A stretch of DNA of 64,000 nucleotides from an uncultured delta proteobacterium (GTDB taxonomy: Bacteria > Myxococcota_A > Polyangia > Polyangiales > B10-G4). Shown in pieces: positions 10,016-22,878 of the stretch. Location of the stretch: positions 864,001-928,000 of the forward strand of contig CAVSGI010000009.1 of assembly GCA_963727445.1 (NCBI GenBank), given 5' to 3'. Numbering within the stretch: the stretch's first letter is position 1; the number at the start of each line of letters is the position of its first letter. A model generated the notes under the pieces. The model saw only the letters and a program-made list of their open reading frames with translations. It was not told where the DNA came from and made no database searches. Position numbers and translations under genes: made by a program.

Positions 10016-11826
10016 TCAGAGTGAATCCCGGAACGCCCTCAGCCGCTCTCGCTCGTCCCCATCGAGCGCGTCGCCGGCGAGGGCTTCGTCCACCACGTGC
10101 CGTGACTCGGCGCCGTAGACCGTGGTCAAGAGGCGTTGGGCCTGCCGGCCGACGTGGCCGTGGCCGGAGAGGAGCGCGAGGTTTCGGCTCATCAGCGGGT
10201 CGTTCTTCACGTTGGGGTCGAGGCTGTAGGCGCGCTCGTAGCGCTCGATGGCGTCAGGTCGCCAGCCGCGCGAGTAGTACCCGTGGCCGAGCAGGAGAAA
10301 GACCCGCGCGTCGTCGCGGTTGCGCTGGGCGTAGCGGCGCAGCGTTCGGTGAGCCGAGTTGCTCATCTCGCGGCCGCTGCGGATGGCGCGGCGGATCGAA
10401 GCGAGAGTCCGCGGGACGGGCGGCTCCCAGGGATTGCCGTTCGCCTCGACGGCCGGTGCGACGGTTGGGACCGGCTCCTCGGCCGTGTCCTGCTCTTCCT
10501 CACCCGCCAGCGCTTCCGCCACACGGGCGATGGCGCCCTCGAACCCGTCGTCCTCCTCGGCGGTCTCTTCCCCGGCCTCCGCGGACCGGGTGACGGTGCC
10601 GTCGTCGCCATGCGCTGCAGGCGGGGGACGGCCGGCGGCGTGACCGGCGCTTCGTCCCCGCCGTTCGCCATCGGCGCCGCGGTCGCTTCGTCCTCGCCGA
10701 CGAGGTTGATCACGAAGAGCGCCGCGACCGTCAGCCCCGCGAGCACGGTCGCCGCCGCACCCAGCGCGATCAGCGACAGGCCGCGGCGCGACGGGCGCTT
10801 CGCCACGTCGGTGGCGGCCGCCGAGCTCTGCCCGGTGTCGGCGATGGCCGTCGGCGCGTGCGCGGGATCCGAGGCCGCGTGGGGAGCCGGCCGTCCCGCC
10901 GCGGTGGGCGCGCGGCTGGGCCGCGCCATGTCGCCTTTCGGCACCGGCGTCCCGGTGACGAGGGTCTCGAGTCGGCAGAACGCCTCCAGCATCTCGCCTG
11001 CGTTCGCGAACCGCTCGCCGGCCTCCTTGGCGGTGGCCTTTTCGAGGAAGGCGACGAGCGCCGGTGATGCCGACAGGCCCGGGCAGACGCGGTCGATTCG
11101 AAGGCAGGGGCGTCACGAGGTGGTGTCGGATCAAGTCGACCGGCTCCCCGCGATAGGGCCGCTCTCCGGTGAGCATCTCGAAGAGGACGATTCCGGCGCT
11201 GTAGACGTCGCTCGGCGCCTCACCCCCCTGACCGGTCCCCTGCTCCGGGGACATGTAGGCCGGTGTTCCCACGATGGTGCCGGTCTTGGTCAGCGCCGGT
11301 CCCGCGCGACCCACGCGCTCCCCCGCGACGAACTTGGCGAGACCGAAGTCGAGGAGCTTCACGTGCACCGGCGCGTCGCTCATGCGCTGCAGGAACACGT
11401 TGGCCGGTTTGAGGTCGCGATGGGCCAGGCCCTTGCTGTGAGCGAAGGAGAGCGCGCGAAGCGTCTGCTCGAAGATGAGCCGAACGCGCCCGGGATCGAG
11501 GGGCGCGCCCTGCGCGATCACCTCGTCGAGGGCTTCCCCTCGAGGAGCTCCATCACCAGGTAGGGCACGTTGTCGACGAGGCCATAGTCGGTGACCGTGA
11601 CGATGTGCGGGTGGGCCATCGCGGCGTGGTTCTTGGCCTCGCGCTCGAAGCGCAGGCGCAGCTCCTCGCTCTCGCCGAACTCGGGCAGCAGCACCTTGAC
11701 CGCCACCGGGCGTTCGAGCTTGAGGTGGGTCGCGCGATAGACCGTCCCCATGCCGCCCTCGCCAATCGGCTCGAGCAGCCGGTAGCGACCGTCGAGAACA
11801 CTGCCTGGTTCGTACGACGTCCTCAC
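10016..11826 (-). CDS. Ser/Thr protein kinase with TM and C-terminal TPR-like region; several frameshifts (~11530, ~11100, ~10610)
   Basis: GEGGMG, VAVKVL, HRDLKPAN, DFG and GTPAYMSPEQ distributed across frames. Confidence 0.85.
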
Positions 11827-11891
11827 GTGCGACGGATTCTATCCCATGGCCGGCGGGGCGGATTCGAACGCGATACCCCGGGCCTCTCGGC

Positions 11892-13098
11892 CTACGGAGT
11901 CACGGTGGTCACGCCCACGGTGCAGGTGGCATCCACGTCCGGATCCCCACCCTCCGGTCAGGACCGTGTAGGTGCCGCTCGTCGGGCAATCGAACTCCGC
12001 GTAGCTGCAGTAGTCGCCGCAGCCGTCATCGTCGTTGGCCAGCGCGGTGCGCGAGCCGCAGGGCTCGGTGCCCTCACAGACGCGGAGCACGGTGTCGCCG
12101 ACGCAGGTGCCGAGCATGCAGCCCATCCCGCAACCGACGCCGATCCGCTCGCCGGGCGTACAGGTCCGGCCCGCCGTCCCTTCGATGGCGAAGCCGCAGT
12201 TGCGCCACACGCCGGTCTGGATGCCTTCGCAGGTCAGGGTGGGGTCCGGATCGGGCATGTCGGGCGCGATGGTCACCGGGATCTCGGCGACGTTGTTGGT
12301 GTAGTCGAGCTCGGTGAGGATCATCGTCTCGTTGAGCGCGAGGCGCAGCGTGTAGTCGCCCGGTGCCACGTCGGTGACGTCGACCCACTGACAGTCGAGG
12401 CTCGCGTCGTAGTTGTCGGCCCATCCCCGCTGGATGCCCTGATTGTCGCAATCGTACTGTTCGGTGCGCCGCACCGTCGGGTCGTCGGTGATGTACTGCT
12501 CGGAGTCGAGGAGGCAGAACGCCTGCTTGTGCCCGAAGCCCACCTCGGTCCCGCTCGCGTCCCTGAGGGTGTAGTCGGCGTAGCCGTTGAAGTGGTAGTG
12601 CATGTGACAGTCCGAGTAGACGAAGGAGGGGTTGTCGTCGCTCGGCGCGCCCAGGTGCAGGTCCCCGGTGCCGATGTTGGGTGTCACGGTGTCGAAGCGG
12701 AGCAGCCGGCGCCAACCCGACTCGCTCACGCAGCCTTCGACCACCGCACAGTGATCGGGCTCGAAGTAGGCCCACTCCACGTGGGCGGTCTCCATGGCGC
12801 GGTCGGGGAGGACGGTCAGGTCGGGCAGCGGGCATTCACCCTCGCTGGTCGCGGTCACGCACTCCCATCCGAGGCCCGCGGGGCAACACAGATCGCCAGC
12901 GGTGCCGCAGTCGGCGCCGCAGGGGCTGGCTTCGGGTGAGGTGTCGGCGCTGGTGTCGGGGCTGCCGGTGTCGGGCGGCGCGGTGTCGAGCGCCGCATCC
13001 ATGCCCGAATCCATCGGTGGCGCATCATCGTCTCCGCAGGCGCCGAGGGTCAGTACCAGGAGACCGATCGCCATGGGGGCGAGATGCTTCTTCTTCAC
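11892..13098 (-). CDS. Lysyl-oxidase-family lipoprotein (frameshift near 11945)
   Basis: Lipobox LGAC; RRLLRFD, CHMHYHF, GHKQAFCLLD, GWADNY, LDCQWVDVTDVAPGDY motifs; GTG start with GGAGGA SD. Confidence 0.85.
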
Positions 13099-13205
13099 GT
13101 CCCGAGGATCCTCCCAAAGGCGGGCCTCGCGCAAGCGGATCGATGCGCCCGTGAACCCGATGGGCGGGATCGGGGCGGCGCTTCGGGTGTACGCTCCGAG
13201 GCCCG

Positions 13206-14243
13206 ATGCTCTTCCGCCAGCTCTTCGACCGCGAGTCCTGCACCTACACCTACCTCCTGGCTTCCGCGCCCGGCCGCGAGGCGATCTTGATCGATCCCGT
13301 TCTGAGGAACGTCGATCGCTACCTGAAGCTCCTCGAGGAGCTCGAGCTCCGCCTGGTGAAGGCGGTGGATACCCACGTGCATGCCGATCACGTGACCGGC
13401 CTCGGCGCGCTCCGGGATCACACCAGGTGCGTGACGGTGATGGGCGCCGAGAGCGCCGTGGACGTGGTGAGCGTGCGCGTCAGCGACGGAGACGGCGTGA
13501 CCTGTGACGGCGTTCGGATCGAAGCGATGTACACGCCAGGCCACACCGACGACAGTTACAGCTTTCGCATGAACGACCGCGTGTTCACCGGCGACACGCT
13601 GCTGATACGCGGTACGGGGCGTACCGACTTCCAGAACGGTGATCCGCGGGCGCAGTATCACTCGCTCTTCGAGCGGCTGCTGAAGCTGCCTGACGACACC
13701 CAGGTCTATCCGGCGCACGACTACAAGGGAGACACCGTCAGCACCATCGCCGAAGAGCGGCGGTTCAATCCCCGGCTTCAGGTGAGCTCCGTCGACGAGT
13801 ACGTCGAGCTGATGAACAACCTCGACCTGCCCAACCCGAAGATGATGGACGTCGCGGTCCCTGCCAACGTTCGGATCGGGCTGAGTCAGGCGGACCTACG
13901 CGCGCGCGGCTGGTCGATCGACGTGGACAGCGCGGTGGACGTGAAGGACGACGTGCTCTTCGTGGACCTGCGCGAGGCGTCGGAGAGGAAGCGTCACGGC
14001 GCGCTCGTAGGCGCGGTGCACTTTCCCTACGGCGAGCTCGAGGCCGGGCTCTCGTCGGGAGGAACGCTCCGCAAGTTGATGGAGCGCCACGAGGGGCCGG
14101 TCGTCTTCTACTGCGCTTTCGGGGAGCGGTCGGCCATGGCTACCGAGCGGGCTCACTCCCAGGGCCTCGACGCGGCCCTGAATCTCGAGGGCGGCATCGA
14201 CGCCTGGAAGTCGGCCGGACACACGGTCGAGCCGGTCACCTGA
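13206..14243 (+). CDS. MBL-fold persulfide dioxygenase (ETHE1-like) fused to a rhodanese domain
   Basis: LFRQLFD..SCTYTYLL, THVHADHVTG, TPGHT, FTGDTLLIRGTGRTDFQ; C-terminal YCAFGERS...LEGGIDAW. Confidence 0.9.
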   Translation: MLFRQLFDRESCTYTYLLASAPGREAILIDPVLRNVDRYLKLLEELELRLVKAVDTHVHADHVTGLGALRDHTRCVTVMGAESAVDVVSVRVSDGDGVTCDGVRIEAMYTPGHTDDSYSFRMNDRVFTGDTLLIRGTGRTDFQNGDPRAQYHSLFERLLKLPDDTQVYPAHDYKGDTVSTIAEERRFNPRLQVSSVDEYVELMNNLDLPNPKMMDVAVPANVRIGLSQADLRARGWSIDVDSAVDVKDDVLFVDLREASERKRHGALVGAVHFPYGELEAGLSSGGTLRKLMERHEGPVVFYCAFGERSAMATERAHSQGLDAALNLEGGIDAWKSAGHTVEPVT

Positions 14244-15477
14244 GGCGGCGCGCGAGGCCCATCGCCACCACCCCCGCGCCCACCAGCGCGATCACGGGAC
14301 CTATCACCATCCCGTTGTCGCCCCCGAGGAACGACGCGAAGATACCGAGCAGAACCAGGCTGGCGCCCGCCGCTACTGCGATCTCCGAGGAGGTCGTGCC
14401 CTTACGGCCTTTCGCCTTCGTGCGCTGCTTCTTCTGAGCGGCCGGGTTCGAGGACGCCGCGCTCGAGTCCGCGCGCTCCAGCGCATCGAGCGCGGGTGCG
14501 GACTGAGGGTCGTCGAGGATCACCGGCGGCACGCGCTCGGTCTTCCGTGGATCGAAATCGATCAGCAACGGCTCGACCGACGCTTCGTCCACCAGCTTCC
14601 CCGACACGTCCGGATGCGCGACGCCGACGGAGTCGTGCTGGTGATACCGCACCAGGTCTGTGAGGAGCTGCTTGACGGTCTGGTATCGGTCGGCCGGGTC
14701 GAGTCGCGTGCACTTGCGCACAATCCGCACCAGCCCCTCGGGGCTGTCCTTCAGCTCCTCGAGCGGCAACAGATCTTCGCCCGCCAGGAGCCGATGGCGG
14801 CCACAGAGGAGGAAATAGAGCACGCGGCCGAGTGAGAAGACGTCCGAGCGGGGATCGATTTGGTCGCCGACCTTGGCTTCGGGCGACGCGTAGGTGTGAA
14901 AGGCATTGGGGTCGGCGGAGTCACCGGAGGTACCGAGGAGGAGGTTCGTACCGGAGGCGCCCGCGATCCACGGGGTGCCGTCTTCGTCGAGGAGGACGGC
15001 GGCCGGGCTGAGGGCGCCGTGGGTGATCCCCGCGTCGTGCAGGTGCTCGACCGCCTCCGCCACGGTCGCGAAGACGACGAGCTTCTGTCCGAGCTCCCAA
15101 GACCGTTCGTCTGCGAGGCTTCCCCCCGTGCAGAGGCGCGTGGTGAAAGCCGTTCGGTCGGCAGCGAGAGACACCGGCTTGGCGACGTTCGCGGGGCTCT
15201 TGCCGCGGAGCGCCGACACGAAGGCGTCGAGTCGCTGCTCGAATGTGCCCTTGGCCTCCTGCGTCACGCGCGCTCCGAGCACGTGCACCGCGACCTCTTC
15301 CGAGCGGAGCTGGCCGCGGAAGCAATAGCCGAGCAGGCCGGTGCTGAGCCGCTCGACGAGCTCCGCGTCCGCTCTCACTTCGCCGGGCTGCGGACCCTCC
15401 GATGCAGGCGTCACCGCCTTCAGCGCCGAGATGGAGCCGAAGATACTCGGGAGCTCGTCGTCAGCCATGTCCGGCAA
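14236..15477 (-). CDS. Protein kinase-like (probable pseudokinase) with C-terminal TM helices
   Basis: YASPE and RSDVFSLG present, but HGALSPAAV replaces HRDxKPxN and there is no DFG. Confidence 0.75.
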   Translation of the reverse strand: MPDMADDELPSIFGSISALKAVTPASEGPQPGEVRADAELVERLSTGLLGYCFRGQLRSEEVAVHVLGARVTQEAKGTFEQRLDAFVSALRGKSPANVAKPVSLAADRTAFTTRLCTGGSLADERSWELGQKLVVFATVAEAVEHLHDAGITHGALSPAAVLLDEDGTPWIAGASGTNLLLGTSGDSADPNAFHTYASPEAKVGDQIDPRSDVFSLGRVLYFLLCGRHRLLAGEDLLPLEELKDSPEGLVRIVRKCTRLDPADRYQTVKQLLTDLVRYHQHDSVGVAHPDVSGKLVDEASVEPLLIDFDPRKTERVPPVILDDPQSAPALDALERADSSAASSNPAAQKKQRTKAKGRKGTTSSEIAVAAGASLVLLGIFASFLGGDNGMVIGPVIALVGAGVVAMGLARRLR

Positions 15478-15485
15478 ACATCATA

Positions 15486-16834
<1,349 letters not shown>

Positions 16835-16838
<4 letters not shown>

Positions 16839-18592
16839 CGCAGGTCTTCGATGACCCGCTCCCGGGCCCCCGCACCGACCTCTACCACGGCGCTCCCCGG
16901 CGCGCTGAGCGAGGGGTTCTCGAAGCGCAAGCGATGCCGCCCCGCCGAGACTTCGTATCCCTGGATCGGGGTGGTGCCGATGGGTCGTCCGTCGACGAAG
17001 ACCGTCGACCACGGGTTGGTGTTGATGTCGAGGAGCCCCGTCTCCCGGGCGCCGCGCACCTCAGCGCGCCGACCTCCCATTTCCGTTCCCGTTCCCGTTC
17101 CCGTTCCCATTCCCGCATTCGGTGTGGACGCAGTCGGCAGAGGCCCCTCTCGTTGGATATCCGGCCGTGGCCCTTCACCCCGGTGGGGTTCGTCCGCGTG
17201 GTCCGCAGGAACCGTCTCCGCCTCCGATCTCGCCCCCGGCACGGCCAACGCCTCGGCCTCGGCCTCCCCCCACGTCCTCGCCACGAAGAGGGTCATCGCC
17301 GCGAGCGCCACCAGCACCAGAGTCAGCGCGGCGTAGAGCCGACCGCGGCCACTCGGCGGCAGACGCGGAGCGTCCTGCTCACGCTCCTGGCTCCACTTCG
17401 GCGTCGGTTCGGGCTGGGGGGCCGGCTCCGGTCGTGCTTCGTTCACGGGGGGGGCCAGAGCCGCGCTCTCGGCGGTTCGATAGACGCTGAAGGGCTCGTC
17501 GGTGGGGACGGGCGCGAGCTGCATGCCCAGAAGGGCGTCGAAGGCCGCGCCGGTGTCGTTCTGTTGCGCGGGGATGGCCGGCATCGCCAGCTCGGTGGGA
17601 GCGAATGAGATGTTGTTCATCCGAACCGTCATCCCCGACCGAAGCGTCACCAGCTGCTGGCGCTCCTCGTCGACGACGGTGCGCACGAAGTCCGCCAGGT
17701 CGGCCGTCGACAAGAGGAACGCGCGCTTCATCGCGTGACGCTCGAGCTCCTGGCGCATCGCTGCAGCGGAAGGATGGCGGTCCGCGGGGTCGGGGGCGAG
17801 CGCGCGCATCACGATGGACTCGAGCTCCTCCGCGATCGCGCTCGTGAGCTCGCGGGGGCGCGGAAAGCGGCCCTCGAGGATGGCCGGGATCGAGGAAGGG
17901 TCGTCCTCGGCGATCGGCGGTCGCCCCGTCAGCATCTCGTAGAGCACCGCGCCCAGCGAATAGAGGTCGGCCCGCGGGTCCACCACCTCTCCGCGCAGCT
18001 GCTCGGGCGCCATGTAGGGCAGCTTCCCCTTCACCTCGCCCGCGATCGACGCGCTGTCCTTCATCGTGCTCTTGGCGATGCCGAAGTCGGCGACCTTCAC
18101 CTCGCCCTCGAAGGAGATCAGCAGATTGCCCGGCGAGACGTCGCGATGGACGATCGACAGAGGCTCGCCTTCACCGGACGTTCGCCGATGCGCGTAGTCG
18201 AGGCCCTTGAGTGCCTCGACGGCGATCAAGATGGCGTGGCGGTGCGGGATGGGTTGCGCCAGGCGGTCGAAGCAGATCGAGATCAGATCCGCGAGATCGA
18301 TCCCGTCGACGAACTCCATCGCCAGAAACCACCGCTCGTCGATGCGCCCCACGTCGAAGGCGGTGACCACATTGGCGTGGCTCAGGCTCATCGCCACCTT
18401 CGCCTCCTCGACGAAGAGGCGCTCCATCGCCTCGTCCATCGAGAGCGCGGGCCGCACCACCTTCAGCGCCACCGGCTTCTCGACGCCCAACGACTCCATC
18501 ACCGCTTGATAGACCTCGCCCATCCCGCCGGTGGCGATGCGGCCCACGATGCGATAACGGCCGGCCGCCCTCTGCGGAAGCAAGGAGCTCAC
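16835..18592 (-). CDS. Ser/Thr protein kinase with TM and PEGA-like C-terminal domain
   Basis: [37 protein letters not shown]...GTTPI. Confidence 0.92.
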
Positions 18593-18924
18593 CTCAGAGA
18601 GCAGGTGACCGACGGCGTGAACGCGCGCGCCGGCGAGCCGCGGCGCGTGACCACCTCTTCGGTCGCTCCGCCCGCCACGTCCACCGCGTGCTGCTGGGGG
18701 TCCACGTCGGTGGAGACGAGGCAATGAGCGGCCTCGCGGCAGCTGCTCTCGATCACCACCACGTGGTTGTATCCGAGGCCCCGATAACGGGCCTCCCCGT
18801 GGTAGGCGATGCACTCGGGCGTCTGGCCCGGACTGTCGTCGTCGGCCATTCCCCGACCCCCGATCGCGAGGACCGAAAGGACGATGGCCGATAGGAGGCC
18901 GAGGAGTCGAAGACGAGAGCCCAC
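18589..18924 (-). CDS. Small secreted Cys-containing hypothetical protein
   Basis: Signal peptide; 4 Cys; GTGA overlap with the kinase start. Confidence 0.65.
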   Translation of the reverse strand: MGSRLRLLGLLSAIVLSVLAIGGRGMADDDSPGQTPECIAYHGEARYRGLGYNHVVVIESSCREAAHCLVSTDVDPQQHAVDVAGGATEEVVTRRGSPARAFTPSVTCSLR

Positions 18925-19022
18925 GAAATCAAAGATATTTCCCTTTCCTGAGAGTGCAAGTTCGTCGCCTTGCCCCACCCCCCGTCCACATGTAGGTTGC
19001 CGGCCTTCTCACTGAGGAATTC

Positions 19023-20426
19023 ATGCGCGCCCATTCTTTGCTCATTTTCTCCGCCATCGCCCTCACCCTCGCCGCCTGCGGGGATGATGGGGCCTCCGAC
19101 ACCGGCCCCACGGACGGTGGTGGCGACGCCGCCGACACCACTCCGCCCACCGACACCGGCACCGATACCGGCGCCATGGATTCCGCCATGGACAGCACGG
19201 TTCCCGGCTGTGAGACGGACTGTGAGTTCATCGACGTCGTGGCGGGCGCAACCCACAGCTGCGCGCTTCGCGCCAACGGCACCATCTGGTGTTGGGGCGG
19301 CAACATCAACGGCGCTCTCGGCGACGGCCGCATGCGCCACGGCATGCAGTGCGGGATGATGGAAGGTGGGGACGTTCCCGACTGCTCGCCCCCGGTGCAG
19401 GTGGCCGTCATCGACGACGCGACCGCGCTGAGCTCGCGTGGCGGGATCGAGAACTGCGCTCTGCGTTCGAGCGGTGGCGCCTGGTGCTGGGGCCAGCAGA
19501 GCGTGGCGCCGGCGACCGGCGGTGAGCCCCCCAAGCGCTACACCCCGGAGGCGCGGAGCGGCCTCGACTCCGTCGAGACCATCAGCGACGGATTCGATCA
19601 CACCTGTGGCGTCGCCGCGGGGCAGGCGGTCTGCATCGGTCTCAACCAATCGGGTCAGATTGGCGACGGCACCAAGGTCGACGCCCGCACCGCCTACACG
19701 GTCCCGATGCCCACCGACATGGAGATCGTCGAGGCCGGCGCCGCCTCGGACTTCACCTGCGGGCTCGCTGGCGGTTCCGCCTGGTGCTGGGGCAACAACG
19801 ACTCGGGTCAGCTCGGCGACGGCGTCGATGCCCACATGGGCGGCTGCATGGGCTCGGTCGCCATGTACGACTGCAGCCTCACGCCGGTGGAGGTCACGAT
19901 GCCCGACGGCATCACCTTCTCCGACATCAAGTTGGGCGCCGGCCATGCTTGTGCCCTCGGCAGCGACAACAACGCCTATTGCTGGGGCGCCAACAACTAC
20001 GGCCAGCTGGGCCTGGGCAACCTGGACGCGTCCAGCGTGCCCGTGCAGATCACCGACACGGGTGATGTCGCCGCGCTCGACGCCGGCGCGGTCTTCACCT
20101 GCCTCCTGTACACCTCCGGCGCGGTCTCCTGCTTCGGCGACAACCAGGAGGGCCAGATCGGCGATGGCAGCTTGGATCACGGCGGCGACTGTGGTGGCGC
20201 GGCCACCGGGTGCTGCGGTCCGATGGGAACCGACTGCTCCTGGGACATCTCGCCGGTCTCCGGTCTCACCGACGCCGTCACCATCGGCCTCGGCTGGCGT
20301 CACGCGTGCGCGATCCGCATGACCGGCGACGTCGTGTGCTGGGGCTACAACAGCAAGATGCAGCTCGGCGACACAACTCGCGATCGGCGTGACGCGCCTG
20401 TCACCGTGATGTCCCTGGGCGACTAG
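19023..20426 (+). CDS. RCC1-repeat lipoprotein
   Basis: Lipobox LAAC; repeated H(S/T/A)C...WCWGxNxxGQLG. Confidence 0.9.
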   Translation: MRAHSLLIFSAIALTLAACGDDGASDTGPTDGGGDAADTTPPTDTGTDTGAMDSAMDSTVPGCETDCEFIDVVAGATHSCALRANGTIWCWGGNINGALGDGRMRHGMQCGMMEGGDVPDCSPPVQVAVIDDATALSSRGGIENCALRSSGGAWCWGQQSVAPATGGEPPKRYTPEARSGLDSVETISDGFDHTCGVAAGQAVCIGLNQSGQIGDGTKVDARTAYTVPMPTDMEIVEAGAASDFTCGLAGGSAWCWGNNDSGQLGDGVDAHMGGCMGSVAMYDCSLTPVEVTMPDGITFSDIKLGAGHACALGSDNNAYCWGANNYGQLGLGNLDASSVPVQITDTGDVAALDAGAVFTCLLYTSGAVSCFGDNQEGQIGDGSLDHGGDCGGAATGCCGPMGTDCSWDISPVSGLTDAVTIGLGWRHACAIRMTGDVVCWGYNSKMQLGDTTRDRRDAPVTVMSLGD

Positions 20427-20435
20427 CCTGCTCCG

Positions 20436-21894
20436 ATGAGCGGCGCGCTCTTCCCGAACGTCAGCCCCGATCGTCCGGCGCTCAGCGTCGAAGATCGGAC
20501 GCTGACGCACGGTGAGCTGGCGCGCGCTCTGTCGCGTCACTTCGAACGGCTCTCGTCGGCGGGAGTGTCGCCCGGTGACCGTGTCGCGGTCTGGACCGAG
20601 CGCACCCTCGAGACGCCGGTAGCCCTCCTCGGCAATGCCGCGGCGGGCATCGTGAGCGTCCCGCTCAACGCGTCCCTGGGCGAGCGCGAGCTCGCCCACA
20701 TCCTTCGTCACGCGAAGCCCAAGCTGGTGGTGGCCACCAGCCCCGCGAGCGCTTCGCGCACCCCCGATCATTCGGTGGTCGAGGCGACGGTCGACACCGC
20801 GGGCGAGCCTCGGCTCTCCGTGCGGGATGCCGACGACGCGCCTCTACTGATCCTCTACACCTCCGGCACCACCGGCCCGCCCAAGGGCGCCGTGCTCACG
20901 GCGAAGAACGCCGCCGCGAACATCGACGGCCTGGCCGCCGCCTGGGCCTGGACGCCACGAGACACCGTGGTGCACGCCCTGCCGCTCTTCCACGTCCACG
21001 GGCTGATCCTCGGGCTCTTCGGGAGCCGTCGCGTCGGGGGTCATCTCCACTGGGTGCCGCGCTTTTCGCCGGAGAGGGTCGCCGGGGCTCTCTCGGCAGG
21101 CGGGACGATGCTCTTCGCGGTTCCCACGATGTACCACCGACTGGTGGAAGCCGCGGAGGCCGACGCTTCGATCGCGTCGACGCTGGCGGGCGCGCGCCTG
21201 CTCATCAGCGGGTCGGCGGGTCTGCCCGTCCGCGAGCATCGGCGCATGGAGGCGATCACCGGCCGGAAGGTCATCGAGCGCTATGGCCTCACCGAAACCC
21301 TGATCAACACGGCCGTTCATCACGACGCGCCGAGGCCGGGCTACGTGGGCCCGCCGGTTCCGGGCGTCCAGCTCCGGCTCGTCGACGACGCGCGTCAGCC
21401 GATGGACGCGCGAGACGACGCGACCATCGGAGAGGTGGCGGTGCGCGGGCCGTCGGTCTTCGCGGGCTACCTCGACGACCCCGAGGCCACCGCCAAGGTG
21501 CGGGACGACGACGGCTGGTTCTACACCGGAGACCTCGCCACCATGACCGAGGACGGCGTCCTGCGCATCGTCGGGCGGCGCGCCACCGATTCTGATCAAG
21601 ACCGGCGGCTTCAAGGTCGGCGCTGGCGAGGTGGAGGCGGCGCTCCTCGAGGAGGTGGGGGTGGCCGAGGCAGCCGTCACCGGCGTGCCCGATGAGGATC
21701 TCGGGCAGCGCATCGTGGCGTACGTGGTGCCGCGCGACGCGGCCGCGCCTCCCGACGCCGACGCGCTGATCCGTGCCGTCGCCAATGCCCTCGCACCCCA
21801 CAAGCGTCCCCGGCAGATCCGCTTCGTCGAGGCGCTGCCGCGCAACGCGATGGGGAAGGTGCAGAAGAAGCGCCTCGGAGAGCTCGACCCTTGA
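20436..21894 (+). CDS. Acyl-CoA synthetase (MatB/ACSF3-like), frameshift near 21591
   Basis: YTSGTTGPPKG, ERYGLTET, WFYTGD; removing one T restores D-LIKTGGFKV...LPRNAMGKVQK. Confidence 0.9.
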
Positions 21895-22877
21895 AGTCCG
21901 AGGACGGCTATCGCCTCGATCCGCTGAGTGGGGAGTTCATCGCGGTGACCCCCGGACGGCGCAAGGCCTACAAGCCCCGCACCCGGCCTGCAGAGATGCC
22001 GCAGATCGCAGGCCGCTGTCCCTTCTGCCCCGGCCACGAGTCGGACACCGAGGAGACAATCGCCCAGACGCCCGCGTCGGGACCCTGGCAGGTGCGCGTG
22101 GTGAAGAACATCTATCCCCTCGCGAGTGAGGGCGCCGAGGTGGAGCCGGTGACGGGTGGCGTGCTCGAGGCGGCGCGCGGCATGCACGAAGTGGTGGTGG
22201 AGCACCGCGCGCACGACGTGGACATGCCCGACTACGACGACGCGCATCTGGCAGCGGTCCTTCGCACCTACCGAGACCGCGTCGCGGCGCTCTCGTCCAT
22301 GGAAGGCGTGGCGTCGGTGGCCGCTTTCCGCAACCGCGGCCGCCGCGCGGGCTCGTCCCAGCCGCACCCTCATGGCCAGGTGGTCGCCGTCCCGGTCGTC
22401 GCGCCGCGGCAGGCGAGGCGCCAGGCCCTCGCCCGTGCCCACCACGACGAGGCCGGCGAGTCGCTCCTCGACACGATGGTGAAGGCCGAGCTCCGCGCCG
22501 AGCTTCGCGTCATCGAAGAGCGTCGCGGCTTCGTGTCGTTCGTCCCCTTCGCGGCGCGCCAGAACCATCACCTGCGCATCGCGATGCTCGGCGCGCGAGG
22601 AGGCTTCGGCGGCGTCACGGACGACACCATCGCCGCCCTCGCCGAGGCTCTGGGGCGCGCCCTCGTCCGGGTGAGGGCGGCGACCGGCGACGCGCCCTAC
22701 AACATCCTCTTCGAGTCGCCGCCGGTGGGGGCGCAGAGCCACGCCGGCGCCTTCTGGTATGTGGACGTGCTGCCGCGGCGGGGCGGTCACGCCGGTTTCG
22801 AGCTGGGCTCGGGGATCGAGGTGGTGACGGTTCTACCCGAGCGTGCGGCCGAGGAGCTGCGCGCCGCGCCCTTCTGA
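21891..22877 (+). CDS. galT: Galactose-1-phosphate uridylyltransferase (GalT family)
   Basis: CPFCPGHE, VVKNIYP, GMHEVVVE, AGSSQPHPHGQ (HxHxQ), AGFELGSG. Confidence 0.82.
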   Translation: MKSEDGYRLDPLSGEFIAVTPGRRKAYKPRTRPAEMPQIAGRCPFCPGHESDTEETIAQTPASGPWQVRVVKNIYPLASEGAEVEPVTGGVLEAARGMHEVVVEHRAHDVDMPDYDDAHLAAVLRTYRDRVAALSSMEGVASVAAFRNRGRRAGSSQPHPHGQVVAVPVVAPRQARRQALARAHHDEAGESLLDTMVKAELRAELRVIEERRGFVSFVPFAARQNHHLRIAMLGARGGFGGVTDDTIAALAEALGRALVRVRAATGDAPYNILFESPPVGAQSHAGAFWYVDVLPRRGGHAGFELGSGIEVVTVLPERAAEELRAAPF

Positions 22878-22878
22878 T

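Noticed and set aside
17076..17118. TTCCCG hexamer run
   Set aside because: Encodes a GTGTGT linker inside the kinase; ordinary low-complexity coding sequence.
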